NCBI RefSeq assembly: GCF_006345805.1
Contig: NC_043011.1
Coordinates: 1,736,001-1,800,000 of the forward strand
DNA length: 64,000 nucleotides
Source: Octopus sinensis
Taxonomy: Eukaryota
Reading direction: 5' to 3'
Under the pieces are notes generated by a model that saw only the letters and a list, made by a program, of their open reading frames with translations, ran no database searches and had not been told where the DNA came from. The position numbers and the translations under genes are program-made. Shown in pieces: positions 62,812 through 64,000 of this stretch. The number at the start of each line of letters is the position of its first letter. The first letter of the stretch is position 1.

Positions 62812-63145
62812 TATATTATAGCTCTATTAGTGAGAGGAAGGACTTAGCTACCTACTGAGTTTATAATTAATGACAAATAGGCATTGATTGTCAAGAAAGC
62901 TGAAGTGGGTTGGAGAATAGGTTATACCAACCAAAGTGTTTTAACTTGTATTTCAGCCTCTGTCATTTATGTTTAACACACACACACACAGACACACACA
63001 CACACACACACACAGACACACACACACACAGACACACACACACACACACATATATATATAACAATTGTAGCGTGAAAGGTGTTTATAAGCCATTGAAGAA
63101 ACACACAAAAACCGTTAGATTCACTTCAATATTTAAAGTTAATTT

Positions 63146-63190
63146 GTTAAAATATTTTTGTCGCTTTGAGACTGTGACCTGTTCACTGAC
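63146..63190 (-). ncRNA. Hammerhead-like motif with GUGAACA (G3-C8) core, copy 2, in cassette 63062-63224 with 13-bp inverted ends
   Basis: Minus strand: GTCA GTGAACA G GTCAC-AGTCTCAAA-GCGAC AAAA ATATT T TAAC; G12 is lost by a CpG-type change; CAATTGTAGCGTG (63062) and CACGCTGCAATTG (63212-63224). Confidence 0.45.
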
Positions 63191-63272
63191 AAAACTTTGG
63201 GCTGCATCTCCCACGCTGCAATTGTTTTCATTCCAGCACACAATCTCAGATCAAGTCACTTGCTATGCAAGT

Positions 63273-63338
<66 letters not shown>

Positions 63339-64000
63339 GTCTAAATATTTATAATTGTCAATTAGTTATAATTTTGTAGTCTGATTATAGGATATTTGAT
63401 AGTTTGCCCTCAGTATATTCTAAACATCTATGGTACTATAAAATATATCTGCTTACTACTAGCAACTATTCAATGCCATTGATATCCAGACAGATAGAAA
63501 GCAAGGACAGTGTTGGTAGGATTTGAACTCAGAGTCTAACTATACACCACAAGATATTTTGTCTGGCATTCCATAAGTTGATATTAACATTGACATAAAT
63601 GGATCAATTAGCTCCAGTATTTGACTGATACTAATTTCATCAACTCCAAAGTAATTAATGTCAGCTGTGACTTCAACCAGATTTGAACTCAGGAAATAAA
63701 TATCCTTAACTAAATAATACAAGCCATTTTATTCAATGCCCTGATGATTCCATTAATAAAACATCCTAATGCTAATAATAACTCTGAACGTAATCCTTTC
63801 TTTATTTTTAAGATTTTTGCTAATTTCAGTGAAGGGGGGGGGGCAAAAATATCTTCAGTCAGTGATTTTTTTTTATCAAGATATTCAAGGTGTAACAGTA
63901 AAAATTACACATCTTATTGACACTAGACATATTATCTTTCTGCTACTTTCCCCAGAGACAATAAAAAAAAAAAAAATGTCTGCATACATTTTAAACAAAC

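Overview
AT-rich, intronic/intergenic-looking eukaryotic DNA with no recognisable host gene; most ORFs in the supplied track are microsatellite or SINE artefacts. The SINE families and the very dense (AT)n/(AC)n microsatellites resemble cephalopod (Octopus-like) DNA, which is an inference. The window is a patchwork of mobile DNA: a 5'-truncated CR1-group LINE with a long RT frame (2605-4645, minus), a second CR1-type 3' end, an R4/Dong-type RLE LINE relic, a decayed Penelope-like element (RT + GIY-YIG, about 30.4-31.9 kb), Tc1/mariner and Tigger transposase relics, Helitron RepHel fragments plus a short complete Helitron, piggyBac-, hAT- and mariner-type MITEs, Gypsy integrase scraps, about 30 SINE copies of five families, and a 2.3-kb hierarchical tandem array built from a SINE 5' region. 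The main observation is about 12 hammerhead-ribozyme (HHR) motifs, read by eye, in short cassettes that mostly abut (AT)n tracts and often form inverted pairs, as expected for Penelope pseudo-LTRs. Several have non-standard cores: (i) a candidate non-circularly permuted ('jumbled') hammerhead at 7470-7543 (minus); (ii) a family with the tertiary C3-G8 pair swapped to G3-C8 (GUGAACA) in two copies; (iii) a head-to-head palindromic pair with a CCGACGA core. All folds were derived by hand and none has been tested.
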